DNA of 64,000 bases from Macrostomum lignano (Eukaryota): contig NIVC01002351.1 of assembly GCA_002269645.1 (NCBI GenBank), positions 117,790 through 181,789 of the forward strand, given 5' to 3'. Within the stretch, counting starts at the first letter, position 1, and each line of letters opens with the position of its first letter. Positions 1 to 13,650 of this stretch are shown here, piece after piece. The translations under genes and the position numbers were made by a program. The notes beneath the pieces are model-generated. The model worked only from the letters and a program-made list of their open reading frames with translations, ran no database searches and had not been told where the DNA came from.

Positions 1-429
1 TTTTTGCATAGCTAGCTAGTTAGATACACAGAGAGAGCACGCATGGTCTGCTTGGCTGTTTTAGTGCAGGCAAATGGGTGGGTCTAACATTAAATATCTA
101 TGATAAGTTTGTAATAGCATGTCAGCGTTTTGAATGCTGATAAAAACTGACATCAAGAGTGACAAAACTGACATCAATGTGACAAAACAAATATTTGATC
201 AATGTAACTTTATTTGATGACAATCTGGCATGACAAGTGTGCATCTAGTGCTTCTTTGATAAATGAGAAGTTTACTACTATGAGTGGCCACAGGATGCTG
301 CTACTCAGAAAAAATTCTGCAATGACACAAATCGTTAGATTGCGAAAAGGAGCAATAATTTTTTGTGAAAATTATAATTTACTTTTTTTCACTATTATAT
401 TGCACAATTTAAGATACTAATAAAAAAGC

Positions 430-830
430 ACTCTACCAACCACCCCACTCCGCTAACCACCCCACTCCGCCAAACACCCCACTCCCCCAAACACCCCACT
501 CTGCCAAACACCTCACTCCGCCAAACACCCCACTCCGCCAAACACCCCACTCTGCCAAACACCCCACTCCGCCAAACACCCCACTCTGCCAAACACCCCA
601 CTCCGCCAAACACCCCACTCTGCCAAACACCCCACTCTGCCAAACACCCCACTCCGCCAAACACCCCACTCCCCCAAACACCCCACTCTGCCAAACACCT
701 CACTCTGCCAAACACCTCACTCCGTCAAACACCCCACTCCGTCAAACACCCCATACTCTGCCAAACACCTCACTCCGTCAAACACCCCACTCCGCCAAAC
801 ACCCCACTCCGCCAAACACCCCACTCCGCC
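430..830. repeat. 17-bp minisatellite (CCAAACACCCCACTCYG)n
   Basis: About 23 near-identical tandem units; it explains the overlapping repetitive ORFs 395-715, 433-681 and 513-698. Confidence 0.95.
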
Positions 831-889
831 AGCCTTACTTTACTCTAACGAAACAAGTAAAGTAAAACAACTAAAATCACATAACTCCA

Positions 890-1085
890 AGACCAAAGAG
901 CCTTTAGAGTCTGCGAGCTGCACCACCACCTGCTGCTCAACTGCGTCGGCTTGAAAGCAATCGAGTCAAAGTCAGTCTTGCTGGTGTTGATGAGGCTGTC
1001 TCGAAGGTCGATCGCTTCGCCGGGCACCAAGCCTCGTTTTTCCAGGTGCAGGCGCACCTGAATCCTGCCTGAATCCTGAAGTACA
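890..1085 (-). pseudogene. Arrestin C-domain-like fragment (possible degraded ARRDC paralog exon)
   Basis: The translation SGRIQVRLHLEKRGLVPGEAIDLRDSLINTSKTDFDSIAFK aligns by eye with the ARRDC in this window ([41 protein letters not shown]). The likely continuation QQVVVQLADSK is in another frame. No flanking exons found. Confidence 0.4.
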
Positions 1086-3059
1086 GCTGGAATTGCCCAA
1101 ATTTCAAATGGAAACGAGAATTAACGCTCCAACCCAACCCTGAGAAGAGATAAAGGATTAGATCGATGCATACTGTACAAACGCGATCATGCGTACATTT
1201 TCAAGGCCAAGTGGTGAACACTGTTACGCCTGTCCTTCTTATGGCTACGCGGTCAAGGAGTACTGTACGGGTACATGGATATTTGCGTGCACTTTTTCAA
1301 GGGGTGAACGAGTGCCAGCAGGGGTTGACGTTTGTACATGTATCAAAAGAATGCAGACGAAGTATACACAAATTGAACTCAATTGCACTTTTTCAGCACT
1401 CGCATTGTTATGCTCTACATCTTTATGACTCCTTTACTTGTACTTTACTGTACATGTAGGCTAGTATAGAAAGCACTGACTGAGTAGTCTATGCGCTGGA
1501 TGAGGAGTGCTCTTACAAGTGTTGTGGCCTGCGCCACAATGACCTTCTCATCAACTTGTTTTTTTTGGTGCATGCGAACCGCCCGGTCTGCCGGCCTAGC
1601 TGGTTTGAGTTGGTTCAGCCGGCTTTGGTTTTAGGCAGCCGGCGTGTGCTCATTGGCTGGCTGGGCCGGCAGACCCTCGCTTTTCTACCCCCCCCCCTCG
1701 TTCGTAAAGCCTTACCCAGCGCGTGTTTTGATTGGCTGGGCTAGGGTGGGGTGCTCGCAAGGTTCTGTTTTGTGTGTTTTTGCGCTCAGGCCGGTTTGGC
1801 CCACTCCCCCATTTTTTCTGCATACTATTTATTAGCTGGCTTGGAGCCGGCCGGTGGCACGCTGCTTGGTTTTTCCGGTTAGAGCTACACCAGCAACTGA
1901 GTAAGAAAACTATATCATAAAAGAACAAAACTGCACGAGCCCAGTAAACTATCGGAACACTTCGTAGCAAGCTAATCCGTGCCACCCGCCGTCTTCGAGC
2001 TGCCAGAACAGTTACTACGGCCAAATAAACTGCGTTGCATGAGTCGGTTTGACCCCGCCCGGTGAGCTTAAATTACGTTTATTCGGGTTGCGTTCGCGTT
2101 CTTTTGGGGCTCTCTGCACGTGTCTTCCCTCCATCCTCGCCGCCTCATCGCTTCACCTACTCACCCCCTTGCTCACCTGCACTCTTCGATTGGCTTGGAG
2201 TGTCTGTACGCCCCAGCTAATCCATCACCTCGTATCTCTTGATTGGTCCGGAGTGTCTGTACGCCCCGGCCAATCCTTCACATTCACCTCGTTTCACATT
2301 CACCTCGGTGACTCCCGGGCCGGCTCTGAGTGGCTATCCGCTCCGCTGACCGCGGCAGTACCCCGAGCCTTCCGTGACCGAGGAGTGCCTGTGCGCCCCG
2401 GGTCACATCTCTCCCTCTTCCCCTCGGAGTGGCCATCCGCCTCGAGGAGCGCCAGTCGTTCGCCTTCTGTCCATCCCTCCGCCGCGCGCCCGGGGCAGTC
2501 CCGCACCGAACCCGCTACCCGGGGAAAACAAAACGACCGGGCTAGACGAGATCGCAGCCCGCGAGTACAACACAAGTTTAGCTACATGTACAGTAACTTC
2601 CTCAGCAGAATCTTGCATATTGTTTTCTAGAACAATTATTGGAAGTACAATGTACATGTACATGTACCGGTATTTCATCAAATTTTAATTTTAATACATT
2701 TATTTTATTTTTAAACAATAGCTAAGCCTTAATTTAAGCAAGTTTAAGTGTGAAACGAAACGGTCTATGAAACGTTCAAACGGTAAATAAACATTAAATA
2801 AAACGAAGCAAAAGATGAAAAGAGAAGTAGACTCTATTAAAGCCTTCCTTCCCCATATAGCGCTGGATCTTTTAAGATGCAATTTTAATTCCTAAAGGCG
2901 CAAACTGCCTTTTCTCCTATCGCGAACTTGACTTCAACAAAAATGCCTACATTTCTCTTGGCATGTAAGCTGCAGGACAGAAAAAATCTAATTTTCAGCT
3001 TTTTAAATCACAAATTTCAGAGCCATGCGTACAGCTATAGCTATTTAAATCTAGGGGGT

Positions 3060-3215
3060 AGATGAGGGGGTGGAGAGGGGAGAGAGGAGAGAAGTGAGAG
3101 GAGAGGGAAGAGGAGAGGGGAGGGGAGAGGAAAGAGAGTAGAGAGGAGAGAAGAGGAAGGAGAGAGGAGAGGAGAGGGGACAGAAGGAAGAAGAGAGAGA
3201 AAGCTGAAAAGAGAC
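3060..3215. repeat. GA-rich low-complexity tract
   Basis: Purine-only (GAG/GGA/GAGAG) run. Confidence 0.85.
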
Positions 3216-4429
3216 ACAAACCTTGAGCGGGTCGGATTGCTATTTTAAAGTTTCAAATTATACGAGGGCCGGATGGAGAGGCTTTGCCGGATTTTGCCGA
3301 CCCCTGCCTGTTACATCAACTTTAACTTCCGGACATGAAAGTGTGGTATGGAGTTTCAGCAACTCTACACTTAATTATAGTTATTCCCCGCCGTGCTAAC
3401 GATTAAAGGCTCGTGAAGCATGTCCGTGTTAATCCGGACATTGTTGCAAGGTTGGTGACAGATCATAGCATATACAATGCATGATGCAACGCACAAGTTC
3501 TAGTCAGGCTATGTTGCTAGCTACCATTTCAAGCTGACGAGAGCGTTGGGAGCGTCGAGAGCGTCGGGTCGGTACGATTGGGCCAAGCTGCAGTGCCCGT
3601 CCACTATCCGCTGCGCCCAGCGGCGACTTCAACTGGATTCGAGATTCGAGATTCGTGGACGAGATTCGAGCCGAGGGCTACTGCCCCCTGTTCAGGAGGT
3701 CCTCCTGCTCACCTTGCAGGGCCCGTTCAGGCAGGGTCAAGTTCAAACCCGTCGATACGTGCATGGACTGCCTGCTGTGCGACGCTGGGGCGCCCGAGAC
3801 TGCCAGCGGGGCGGAGCGGACCTATCGCTCTGTCGTCAGCTTTCTACTCTAATTCGGATAGTGTTAGCAGTAGGGTTAGGTCGGAATTACTTTTTAATAA
3901 TTATGGGGAGTATATTGCTGCAAAATCGTTTACTGCTGCCCGCACAACGAGAACTTCACTCAGCTGATTTTCGGCATCAACATGATGTGTGCGTCAGGGC
4001 ATGACCTGCATAACCACCCACATTGTCTGCCGCGAGTTTTCAACTATCTTGCCATGAATTTTGTAAAAGAGCTGACTTTTTTACCGGAGTCGGCTTCAGA
4101 AACAACAGGCGCCAGATCGCGAAGCTTCACATTTCATCACTGCGTTCAAGCAGGAATGAGCTACATGTAGCTTCCAATTAATTGCTTGCAAAATATTTCA
4201 CGGTTCATCAATTTATCATTTTTAATCCAGTTTTATCATAATATGAATTTTTTTAAATTTCTCGTCGATAACTTTAACCTTCTATATGCAGTTTGTAGTG
4301 ACTGGCTGCTAGCTGGTTATTCAGCAGCATTCACTAGCTTTCCCTAAGAGTGCTGTGATCCGCTGCACAGTAGCTCAGTCCACCTGATCTAGTGAGAGAG
4401 ATACCCTGTGCTGGGCCTAAGTGTTTACT

Positions 4430-4800
4430 GCCCGATGACTCATCGCCTGAGCAGGCGCGGGCAGCCACACTCAATGTCTTCCCACTCGCGCTGAGGAGGC
4501 ATAGCAGGATGACTCATCACCTGCGCGGAGTGAAATGGCTGCCTAGAGGGAAACAGGATGACTCATCCGCCCAAATTCTATTTTTAGCACAAAATAAGCA
4601 CGTGACTGTGCACGCACGCTATGCGTGGCCACTGACCTTGGGTCACGCCACTGCCGCGTGACAGGGTTGCCTTATTTTGAAGTTGGCCTTGGATCACGCG
4701 TCTCTCGCATGATTCCATTGACCAAATAAGGAAGTTTCACGCGCTCACCGCATGAAACTCACGTGACTTTTGGGTGTCCGCTCGGCTATAAATACGGAGC
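4430..4800 (+). promoter_or_regulatory. Promoter/LTR-U3-like motif cluster
   Basis: Three TGACTCA sites (4436, 4510, 4559), CACGTG E-boxes (~4600, ~4760) and TATAAATA at 4787. No downstream gene or LTR partner identified. Confidence 0.3.
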
Positions 4801-7800
4801 ATCTGAGAGCCGTTTCTCTCCAGATCGTGAGCCGCGTTCGGGAGCCTCCTAGATTGGAGCTGCCTCTGCCTCCGAGCTCTCCTCTCTCATTTCAGGTTTA
4901 CAGGTTTTCAGGTTCGAGCAGCATTCTACTAAGACGATCGACTGTCGAGACATTTTTCAGATTTGCCTTTGCTCCGAGCGACTTCGTTATTTTATTTCAG
5001 GTGACGGAAAGACAACTCTGCCGACGCGTCGAGTCCGCACACCAAGGTGGCAGCAACCCTACCAAGTCAAGGCTAACGTTTTAGGTTCATTTTCAGGCAA
5101 ATCGATAGGTAGTACAACGGTGCTATCTAGCTACTTCAGGAGCAGCGGGTTCTATTTCTAGGAACATCTTCAAGAACCCGAGAAGAAGCAAAACAAGTTC
5201 TTTATTCAAATTACTTATTGAAACTATATAAGTGAGTATTTAGTCAGAATTATTGTGCAAATAGTACACTGGCTCTGTAAGGAATATTGGGGCAGAATTG
5301 CGCCTCCACAAAGAGGTTCTTATCTATAGGTTCTAGTTATAGAAAAGTCCTTGGCCTAGTTATCCATAAAAATCCTGAATAAAACACTGCTCCCATCATT
5401 AAAAGCCTCGCTATACGTTATCCGCAGATGCCTCAGCTTCCCGCATGCCCGTGCATTGCCCAGCACGTCTGTCGCTCAGGAGTCAGGAGTGAGGGAGAGA
5501 GACTGACTCCATATATCAACTTTATTGAATCCTCTACTTGGCCCTCTGCTGCAATGCCTCGCTGCCTTCAATAAAGTTGCGCGTTAATTTTAGCAATTTG
5601 TCTGCATGCTGGTTGAGTTGAGCCGTTGAGCTTTGGAAGCAACGGAGAGAGGCAGTGGGAGAGCTGGCATATGGTAATGCATGCAGACCAGTCATTGCTG
5701 ACTTCGCTACTCCAACAGGATCCTCAAGCCAAAGTGATGTGTTCCTTACTACCAAGACTTTTTAGTAGTCAAGGAACAATCACTTCTAGCTTCTTTGCTA
5801 TCCAACCCAGTTATCAGATAAAGGTACTTCTTACCTTGACTTCGATTGGAGATATCTCTTCAGGAGTTCTCTTGTAGATCTCGCTTGGATCTCTCTTTGA
5901 TCTCGTAGATCAGGCGCCTTGGTTCTCCTGTTGCTCTGGTCCTGGTTTTCTTGTACTTCCGATGAAGTGACTTCCGGCCGGTGTCTGCAGTCAGGACCAA
6001 TCAGAGGCCTCGTATCAAACAATGGGTACCCTGCGCCGAATAGCGGTTTCTCCTTAGCCTTCTCCTTCTAGTAGTGCCTCTATGCACTCTAGGTAATGCT
6101 CCGGTAATAATAATCCAAATTATAAGAAAGTCCTTCGGGCGACTACTGCCAATGGAGTCTCAAATGGACTCAAGAGTCTCAACAGACTCTAACACTATAA
6201 CAATAGAGAGTCGACTCAACAACAACTGGCGCAAATGAGAAAGGCTTACCGCAAGAGCTCGACCGAGTCTCGATTGACTTGGTGATCAGGAAGTCTCGCT
6301 AAGGATTTCCTCTTCGGAGCGCTCCTCTTCCGTGGGGAGAATGGCTCCGGTACCGCTTTGGGCCGCTTGTATTTATAGACGATTTTGCAGGCCAAAAAAA
6401 GTAACATGACTCATGGGTTGCGCTATAATTTGTAACATGACTCTTTGCGGCTATTATTAGAAAGTGATTCATTCCGTTGCTATAAATAGTAACATGATTC
6501 ATTCTGCTGATATAAATTGTAACATGATTCATAACATGATTCATCGTTAAAGTTTAGGTGCGCATGCGTGCACTTATTTACTTATAGTAGCATCCTAGGA
6601 TTGTCAATTACTTATTTTGCGGGAGGTAGAACACTATACAAAAGCATCTCACAGTGCTTTGATGGGTTGAAAAATCCAAAAGCGCCATCTCAGATGTGCT
6701 CAGATTTCAACAGCCATTCAGAAAGTCAACAGGCAGCACTCACGATTGTTGCTAACTACGAGAGCGTAATATTTTATCATAAGGATTCATAAAATATGAG
6801 GATAGAAAGTTTTGTGTATAATTGTTAGAAAACAAGTACGAGATAAAAGGTTAATATAGTATAGCGACAATTACAGTAACTTACAGCTACTGTAAAAGTA
6901 TCGAAGAGTCTCGCTACAGACATTAAAATCTTAATGACTCTGGTTAGCTAAAAATATTATTCTCACTTCTGTCACCGCAACATAAAGTTTTTTCTTCATC
7001 ATTGAGTGCTATAAGTGTGACGTTGCTAGTTTAAATGGTCCCGAAAAAGGGCCGTTGGACTATAGTTTCCCTCGCAATTTCTCATATTAATTTCTCCAAT
7101 AGTTTATTTTAACGTTTACTTATAGTAGCGTGCAAGTAATCTGTATCAATTGCTAATTCACTGTGTATTTGGTAGGCCTCACGCTCGCCTGTGAATTTTG
7201 GCACGATCGATAATTTCAAGTTCTCTCGCCAGCCAATGAAAACTCTCCGTGTTTTACGCTCCCCCCTTTTGCGCTCTTTATTAACCCCCCGCCTGGCGGC
7301 GGGCACTCCTCACTTTTCTGTTCTTCGCGGCTCTTGTTTTCCTTCTCCTGCCTTCTGTCTGCCTCCTTATCTCTCGCCACGGCTCCGCTGTCTGGGCCAG
7401 CCTGTTTACACTGCCACTGCCTGCCACGGCTAACGCCAATCTCACCACTACGCATCTGCCTCTTCTGTGCTCATCGCCGCTACTCACCACGTTGCATCGC
7501 CCTGCATCACTCGCCTACCACTCGACTACAACTTCTAATTCACCTTCAATTCAAAACCATTGTTGCAGCCGCCAGTGTCCCAAAAGTAGAATAAGTTCTG
7601 TATTAACGTTAACCAAATTTGAATATTGATTTAAACAATAAAACAACTACGGCAGTTACCTGCCTTGTATGCCAAGTGCTCCGCTACACAATCCGCTTCT
7701 CAAGACTTGACTCGATTCATTTTGGGACTACGACTTACGGCAACTCTCGTAAAACGGCCCTTCTAAGGGTCATAGCCTCAACACCAATAATCGTGACAAT

Positions 7801-7819
7801 AAGGTAAGCTGTCAAAGTT

Positions 7820-8363
7820 GGGGGCGCTTCATAAGACCTAAACTTCACAACGCCTAAAATCGAAAATGCAGCCTCCTTCACAACGCCTAAATTTCACATC
7901 GCCTAAATTTCACAACGCCTAAAATTTCTGCACGCTCCTTCACATCGCCTAAACTTCATATCGCCTAAATTTCACAACACCTAAAACTGAATGTGAAGGA
8001 GAGAAGCAAAGATTTTAGGCGTTGTGAAATTTAGGCGATATGAAATTTAGGCGATGTGAAGGATGCTGCATTTTCGGTTTTAAGCGTTGTGAAATTGAGG
8101 CGATATGAAGTTTAGGCGATGTGAAGGAGCGTGCAGAAATTTTAGGCGTTGTGAAATTTAGGCGATGTGAAATTTAGGCGTTGTGAAGAAGGCTGCATTT
8201 TCGATTTTAGGCGTTGTGAAATTTAGGCGATATGAAATTTAGGCGATGTGAAAGAGCGTGCAAATATTTTAGGCGTTGTGAAATTTAGGCGATATGAAAT
8301 TTAGGCGTTGTGAAGTGTGGTGGTTTTAGGCGTTGTGAAATTTAGGTCTTATGAAAGCGTCCC
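7820..8363. mobile_element. Non-autonomous DNA transposon (MITE) with inverted subterminal repeat arrays
   Basis: Imperfect TIRs GGGGGCGCTTCATAAGACCTAAA / TTTAGGTCTTATGAAAGCGTCCC; perfect 8-bp TSD TCAAAGTT (7812-7819, 8364-8371); TTCACAACGCCTAAA units on the left arm and their reverse complement on the right arm. Confidence 0.85.
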
Positions 8364-9639
8364 TCAAAGTTTAGTACAGCGATCAGTTTTAAGAACGAAT
8401 GTTAAAACAAAGACTTGCTTTAATAAGCAAAAGCAACTCTACAATTGGGTCAAGAAGCAGACCGGTTGAAGAAAAACCTTCAGCTGTTTAAAAACACTCC
8501 AAAATTACAAAGAAAACGATCATTTCATGCAGGCATGCTGCGCCACCAACCTAAACCAAAGCTGCTAGAGCTTGCATTAAAAAAATTACTGTTGGACAAC
8601 ATTTGTCCTGAAATTATTGGGGTCGTGACTCGACAAATAAATTAACGCAGCAGCTGACCTGCAGAAAATTTGAGCCACAGTTAGGAGCTCAGCTGGATAT
8701 CAGACTTCAAACGTCTTCATCGAATACGATGGTATTTGTCATATTTTTAGTTGGGGTCTCGATAGCGCATGCCTGCTAGCAAAGTATTCAGCAGCTTGTG
8801 ACCCCAAGCCACGGTTGTGGAAGCTTTACGAATTCCCCACTAGCCCAGAACTTAAAAATTAACTAAAAATGATTAGTGACACAAGGCTAAACAGTCTAGT
8901 TTAAATTCCAGAGGTTGGAATAAGCTTAATTTTAGTAAATAATTACGGACAAGCAAGCAATCATTCATTCAAACATACAAATCTTAGAGATTTAGTGTAT
9001 TTCGATTACTTCATCCCTCGGACGGTGCAGTTTTTTCTTCGCAGGCACTTTAATTCTCTTTGATTCAACAGCAAATCCCTTCAATACTCTCGCACATCAC
9101 ATATATAGATGAGAATATATGAGCTCATGGGAGAACTGCTAAGATGTCGAGGCTTAACGGAAAATCTCTAAGATAGTTAGATGTCGAGGCTCATGGGGGA
9201 ATTGCTAAGATGTCAAAGCTTATGTGGGAATCGCTTAAAAATATGTGGCATTAACAAGCTTTAGGAAATTAACAATAGCAACTGGTACTCGTAGATAAAC
9301 TCGAAGTTAATTCAAAAATGTATATCTTTCTTTGTTGCCTCCCTGTTGGGGGGGGGGCACAGATTGCTAGTCTACTATACTAAAAAACGCATTTTGATTT
9401 AACCCAATAATTTGATAACCAATCGTCACCTTGCGAATCTCAATGGTAGTTTTGTTCAGCTCTCGACACGATTGGTTGCGAATTTCGCCTCTGATGCTAA
9501 ATGACTCGCAGGCAGAAAACCGCGCCTATACAGGTGAATGTTGGCCACAATGTCTCCGGCGCAAAGACAGCTGAACAAACTGCAGCACGACCTGGCTGGG
9601 GATCAGAAGCTGTAAGTGGGAATCCCATTTTAATCCCAT

Positions 9640-10345
9640 CCCTCCTCCCTGATGCTTCAGTGGCGCCTCCTACTCCCCGATGCCTCAGTGGGTGCCTCCT
9701 CCCCGATACTTCAGTGGGCGCCTCCCGATGCTTCAGTGGTGCCTCCTCCTCCCCGATGCTTCAGCGGGCCCCTCCTTCTCCCAAATGCTTCAGTGGTGCC
9801 TCCTCCTCCCCGATGCTTCAGTGGGCGCCTCCTCCTCCTCCCAAATGCTTCAGTTGCGCCTCCTCCTCCCCGATGCTTCAGTGGTGCCTCCTCCTCCCCG
9901 ATGCTTCAGTGGGCGCTCCTCCTCCCAAATGCTTCAGTTGCGCCTCCTCCTCCCCGATGCTTCAGTGGCACCTCCTCCCCCCGATGCCTCAGTGGGTGCC
10001 TCCTCCTCCCCGATGCTTCAGTGGGCGCCTCCTCCTCCTCCCAAATGCTTCAGTGGGCGCTCCTCCTCCTCCCAAATGCTTCAGTTGCGCCTCCTCCTCC
10101 CCGATGCTTCAGTGGCACCTCCTCCCCCCGATGCCTCAGTGGGTGCCTCCTCCTCCCCGATGCTTCAGTGGGCGCCTCCTCCTCCTCCCAAATGCTTCAG
10201 TGGGCGCCTCCTCCTCCTCCCAGATGCTTCAGTGGGCGCCTCCTCGGCTCCTCCCCGATGCTTCAGTGGGCGCCTCCTCGGCTCCTCCCCGATGCTTCAG
10301 TGGGCGCCTCCTCGGCTCCTCCCCGATGCTTCAGTGGGCATCCCC
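9640..10345. repeat. ~27-33 bp minisatellite (CCTCCTCCCCGATGCTTCAGTGGGCG)n
   Basis: Tandem units with variable CCT number; it generates the three-frame ORFs 9501-10544, 9652-10416 and 9680-10363. Confidence 0.95.
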
Positions 10346-11174
10346 TTGTTATCGTCGATGTAAGCTTCCTGGGACGCGTAGATTTCCCTGTCCTTTCCAG
10401 TGCCTTGTCAAATTGAACCTGGCTGCTTCCGAATGGCGTGACTTCAATGCCTGTAGGACCAATTCAGGACAGCGTTTCAATCAGGAATCTTCACAAATAA
10501 AAAACACAACAAAAGAGACCACTGCCATGAGAAACTACTACTGAAACTATTTTGGATAAATTCGAATGGGCTATCGCTACAAACTTGTCAACTCGTTCAA
10601 GAAAAATCCCCACTAAAAATGCACTCAGTCGAGAGAAACAACGCAAATTTTGACATAACCTTGCCTAATTGCCACACTGGGGCCAGCAGTATTTCTAAGA
10701 AATAAAAATATGCATGTTGATCTGACTGCTCCGTTATCTTAAGTATTAACGTAACATTAGGTAAACCACAAACTGGCTTAATTTTCTAGCTATCTGAACC
10801 TGACCAGGCCGGTAAACAGACTGCGGGTTGATCTCGGAGTCTAGAAATTCAATGCTGAACTGTCTAAGTTTCATATTTCAGGCCGACAAAACAACTCGGT
10901 TACCTTAATGAGCTTTGATCAAAATTGCTCTTAGGACTTTTTTCAATCAAAGATTTTTTTGAGCAGACTTAGAATCTTGCCTTGCCGTACATACAGACTG
11001 ATGCTGTACTTTCTTGAAAAGAAAATTCTGGTACAGCCTCGCGGCAAATGTATTCAGAAGTGTACCAATTATAATGTACATCTTGGGACTACTTGTATAT
11101 ATCTTATGACCAGAATATTCCTGCTGTCTGAAAGTCAATGATTGATACTACTGAGTCGGAAATGTTAAGTAGTT

Positions 11175-13650
11175 AAATCAGATCTGGATTATTGCAATCG
11201 GATCTGGTCATAGCAATCGGATCTGGGTCATTGCAATCAGATCTAGGTCATAGCAATCGGATCTGGGTCATTGCAATCAGATCTAGGTCATAGTAATCGG
11301 AACTGGGTCATTGCAATCAGATCTAGGTCATAGTAATCGGAACTGGGTCATTGCAATCAGATCTAGGTCATAGTAATCGGAACTGGGTCATTGCAATCAG
11401 ATCTAGGTCATAGCAATCGGATCTGGGTCATTGCAATCAGATCTGGGTCATTGCAATCAGATCTAGGTCATAGCAATCGGATCTGGGTCATTGCAATCAG
11501 ATCTGGGTCATTGCAATCAGATCTAGGTCATAGCAATCGGATTTAGGTCATAGCAATCAGATCAAGGTCATAGCAATCGGATCTGGGTCATTGCAATCAG
11601 ATCTAGGTCATAGCAATCGGATCTGGGTCATTGCAATCAGATCTAGGTCATAGCAATCGGATCTGGGTCATTGCAATCAGATCTGGGTCATTGCAATCAG
11701 ATCTAGGTCATAGCAATCGGATCTGGGTCATTGCAATCAGATCTGGGTCATTGCAATCAGATCTAGGTCATAGCAATCGGATTTAGGTCATAGCAATCAG
11801 ATCAAGGTCATAGCAATCGGATCTGGGTCATTGCAATCAGATCTAGGTCATAGCAATCGGATCTGGGTCATTGCAATCAGATCTAGGTCATAGCAATCGG
11901 ATCTGGGTCATTGCAATCAGATCTAGGTCATAGCAATCGGATCTGGGTCATTGCAATCAGATCTAGGTCATAGCAATCGGATCTTGGTCCTTGCAATCAG
12001 ATCTAGGTCATAGCAATGGGATCTTGGTCCTTGCAATCAGATCTAGGTCATAGCAATGGGATCTTGGTCATTGCAATCAGATCTAGGTCATAGCAATGGG
12101 ATCTTGGTCATTGCAATCAGATCTAGGTCATAGCAATCAGATCAAGGTCATAGCAATGGGATCTGGGTCATTGCAATCAGATCTAGGTCATAGCAATGGG
12201 ATCTGGGTCATTGCAATCAGATCTAGGTCATAGCAATCAGATCAAGGTCATAGCAATGGGATCTGGGTCATTGCAATCAGATCTAGGTCATAGCAATGGG
12301 ATCTGGGTCATTGCAATCAGATCTAGGTCATAGCAATCGGATCTGGGTCATTGCAATCAGATCTAGGTCATAGCAATGGGATCTGGGTCATTGCAATCAG
12401 ATCTAGGTCATTGCAATCAGATCTAGGTCATAGCAATCGGATCTTGGTCATTGCAATCAGATCTAGGTCATAGCAATGGGATCTGGGTCATTGCAATCAG
12501 ATCTAGGTCATAGCAATGGGATCTGGGTCATTGCAATCAGATCTAGGTCATAGCAATCGGATCTGGGTCATTGCAATCAGATCTAGGTCATAGCAATCGG
12601 ATCTGGGTCATTGCAATCAGATCTGGGTCATTGCAATCAGATCTAGGTCATAGCAATCGGATTTAGGTCATAGCAATCAGATCAAGGTCATAGCAATCGG
12701 ATCTGGGTCATTGCAATCAGATCTAGGTCATAGCAATCGGATCTGGGTCATTGCAATCAGATCTAGGTCATAGCAATCGGATCTGGGTCATTGCAATCAG
12801 ATCTAGGTCATAGCAATCGGATCTGGGTCATTGCAATCAGATCTAGGTCATAGCAATCGGATCTTGGTCCTTGCAATCAGATCTAGGTCATAGCAATGGG
12901 ATCTTGGTCCTTGCAATCAGATCTAGGTCATAGCAATGGGATCTTGGTCATTGCAATCAGATCTAGGTCATAGCAATGGGATCTTGGTCATTGCAATCAG
13001 ATCTAGGTCATAGCAATCAGATCAAGGTCATAGCAATGGGATCTGGGTCATTGCAATCAGATCTAGGTCATAGCAATGGGATCTGGGTCATTGCAATCAG
13101 ATCTAGGTCATAGCAATCAGATCAAGGTCATAGCAATGGGATCTGGGTCATTGCAATCAGATCTAGGTCATAGCAATGGGATCTGGGTCATTGCAATCAG
13201 ATCTAGGTCATAGCAATGGGATCTGGGTCATTGCAATCAGATCTAGGTCATAGCAATGGGATCTGGGTCATTGCAATCAGATCTAGGTCATAGCAATGGG
13301 ATCTGGGTCATTGCAATCAGATCTAGGTCATTGCAATCAGATCTAGGTCATAGCAATCGGATCTGGGTCATTGCAATCAGATCTAGGTCATAGCAATCGG
13401 AACTGGGTCATTGCAATCAGATCTAGGTCATAGCAATCGGATCTGGGTCATTGCAATCAGATCTAGGTCATAGCAATCGGAACTGGGTCATTGCAATCAG
13501 ATCTAGGTCATAGCAATCGGAACTGGGTCATTGCAATCAGATCTAGGTCATAGCAATCGGATATGGGTCATCGCAATCAGATCTAGGTCATAGCAATCGG
13601 ATATGGGTCATCGCAATCAGATCTAGGTCATAGCAATCGGAAATGGGTCA
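11175..13650. repeat. 20-bp satellite array with 40-bp dimer and 240/880-bp higher-order structure
   Basis: About 120 units alternating GCAATCAGATCTAGGTCATA and GCAATCGGATCTGGGTCATT, in register with no indels over most of its length. Confidence 0.97.

Noticed and set aside
2049-2630. 193-aa GC-rich ORF / HDV-like ribozyme
   Set aside because: TTG start, no domain motif, and internal repeated CCAAT-containing motifs suggest regulatory or TE sequence; the HDV nested pseudoknot could not be built.
9501-10544. Long ORFs in several frames over minisatellites (also 395-715, 15148-16477, 41380-42011, 43150-44040, 51291-52857, 53844-55129)
   Set aside because: They are open in several frames or strands only because the repeat unit lacks stops; there are no domain features, and several lie inside introns.
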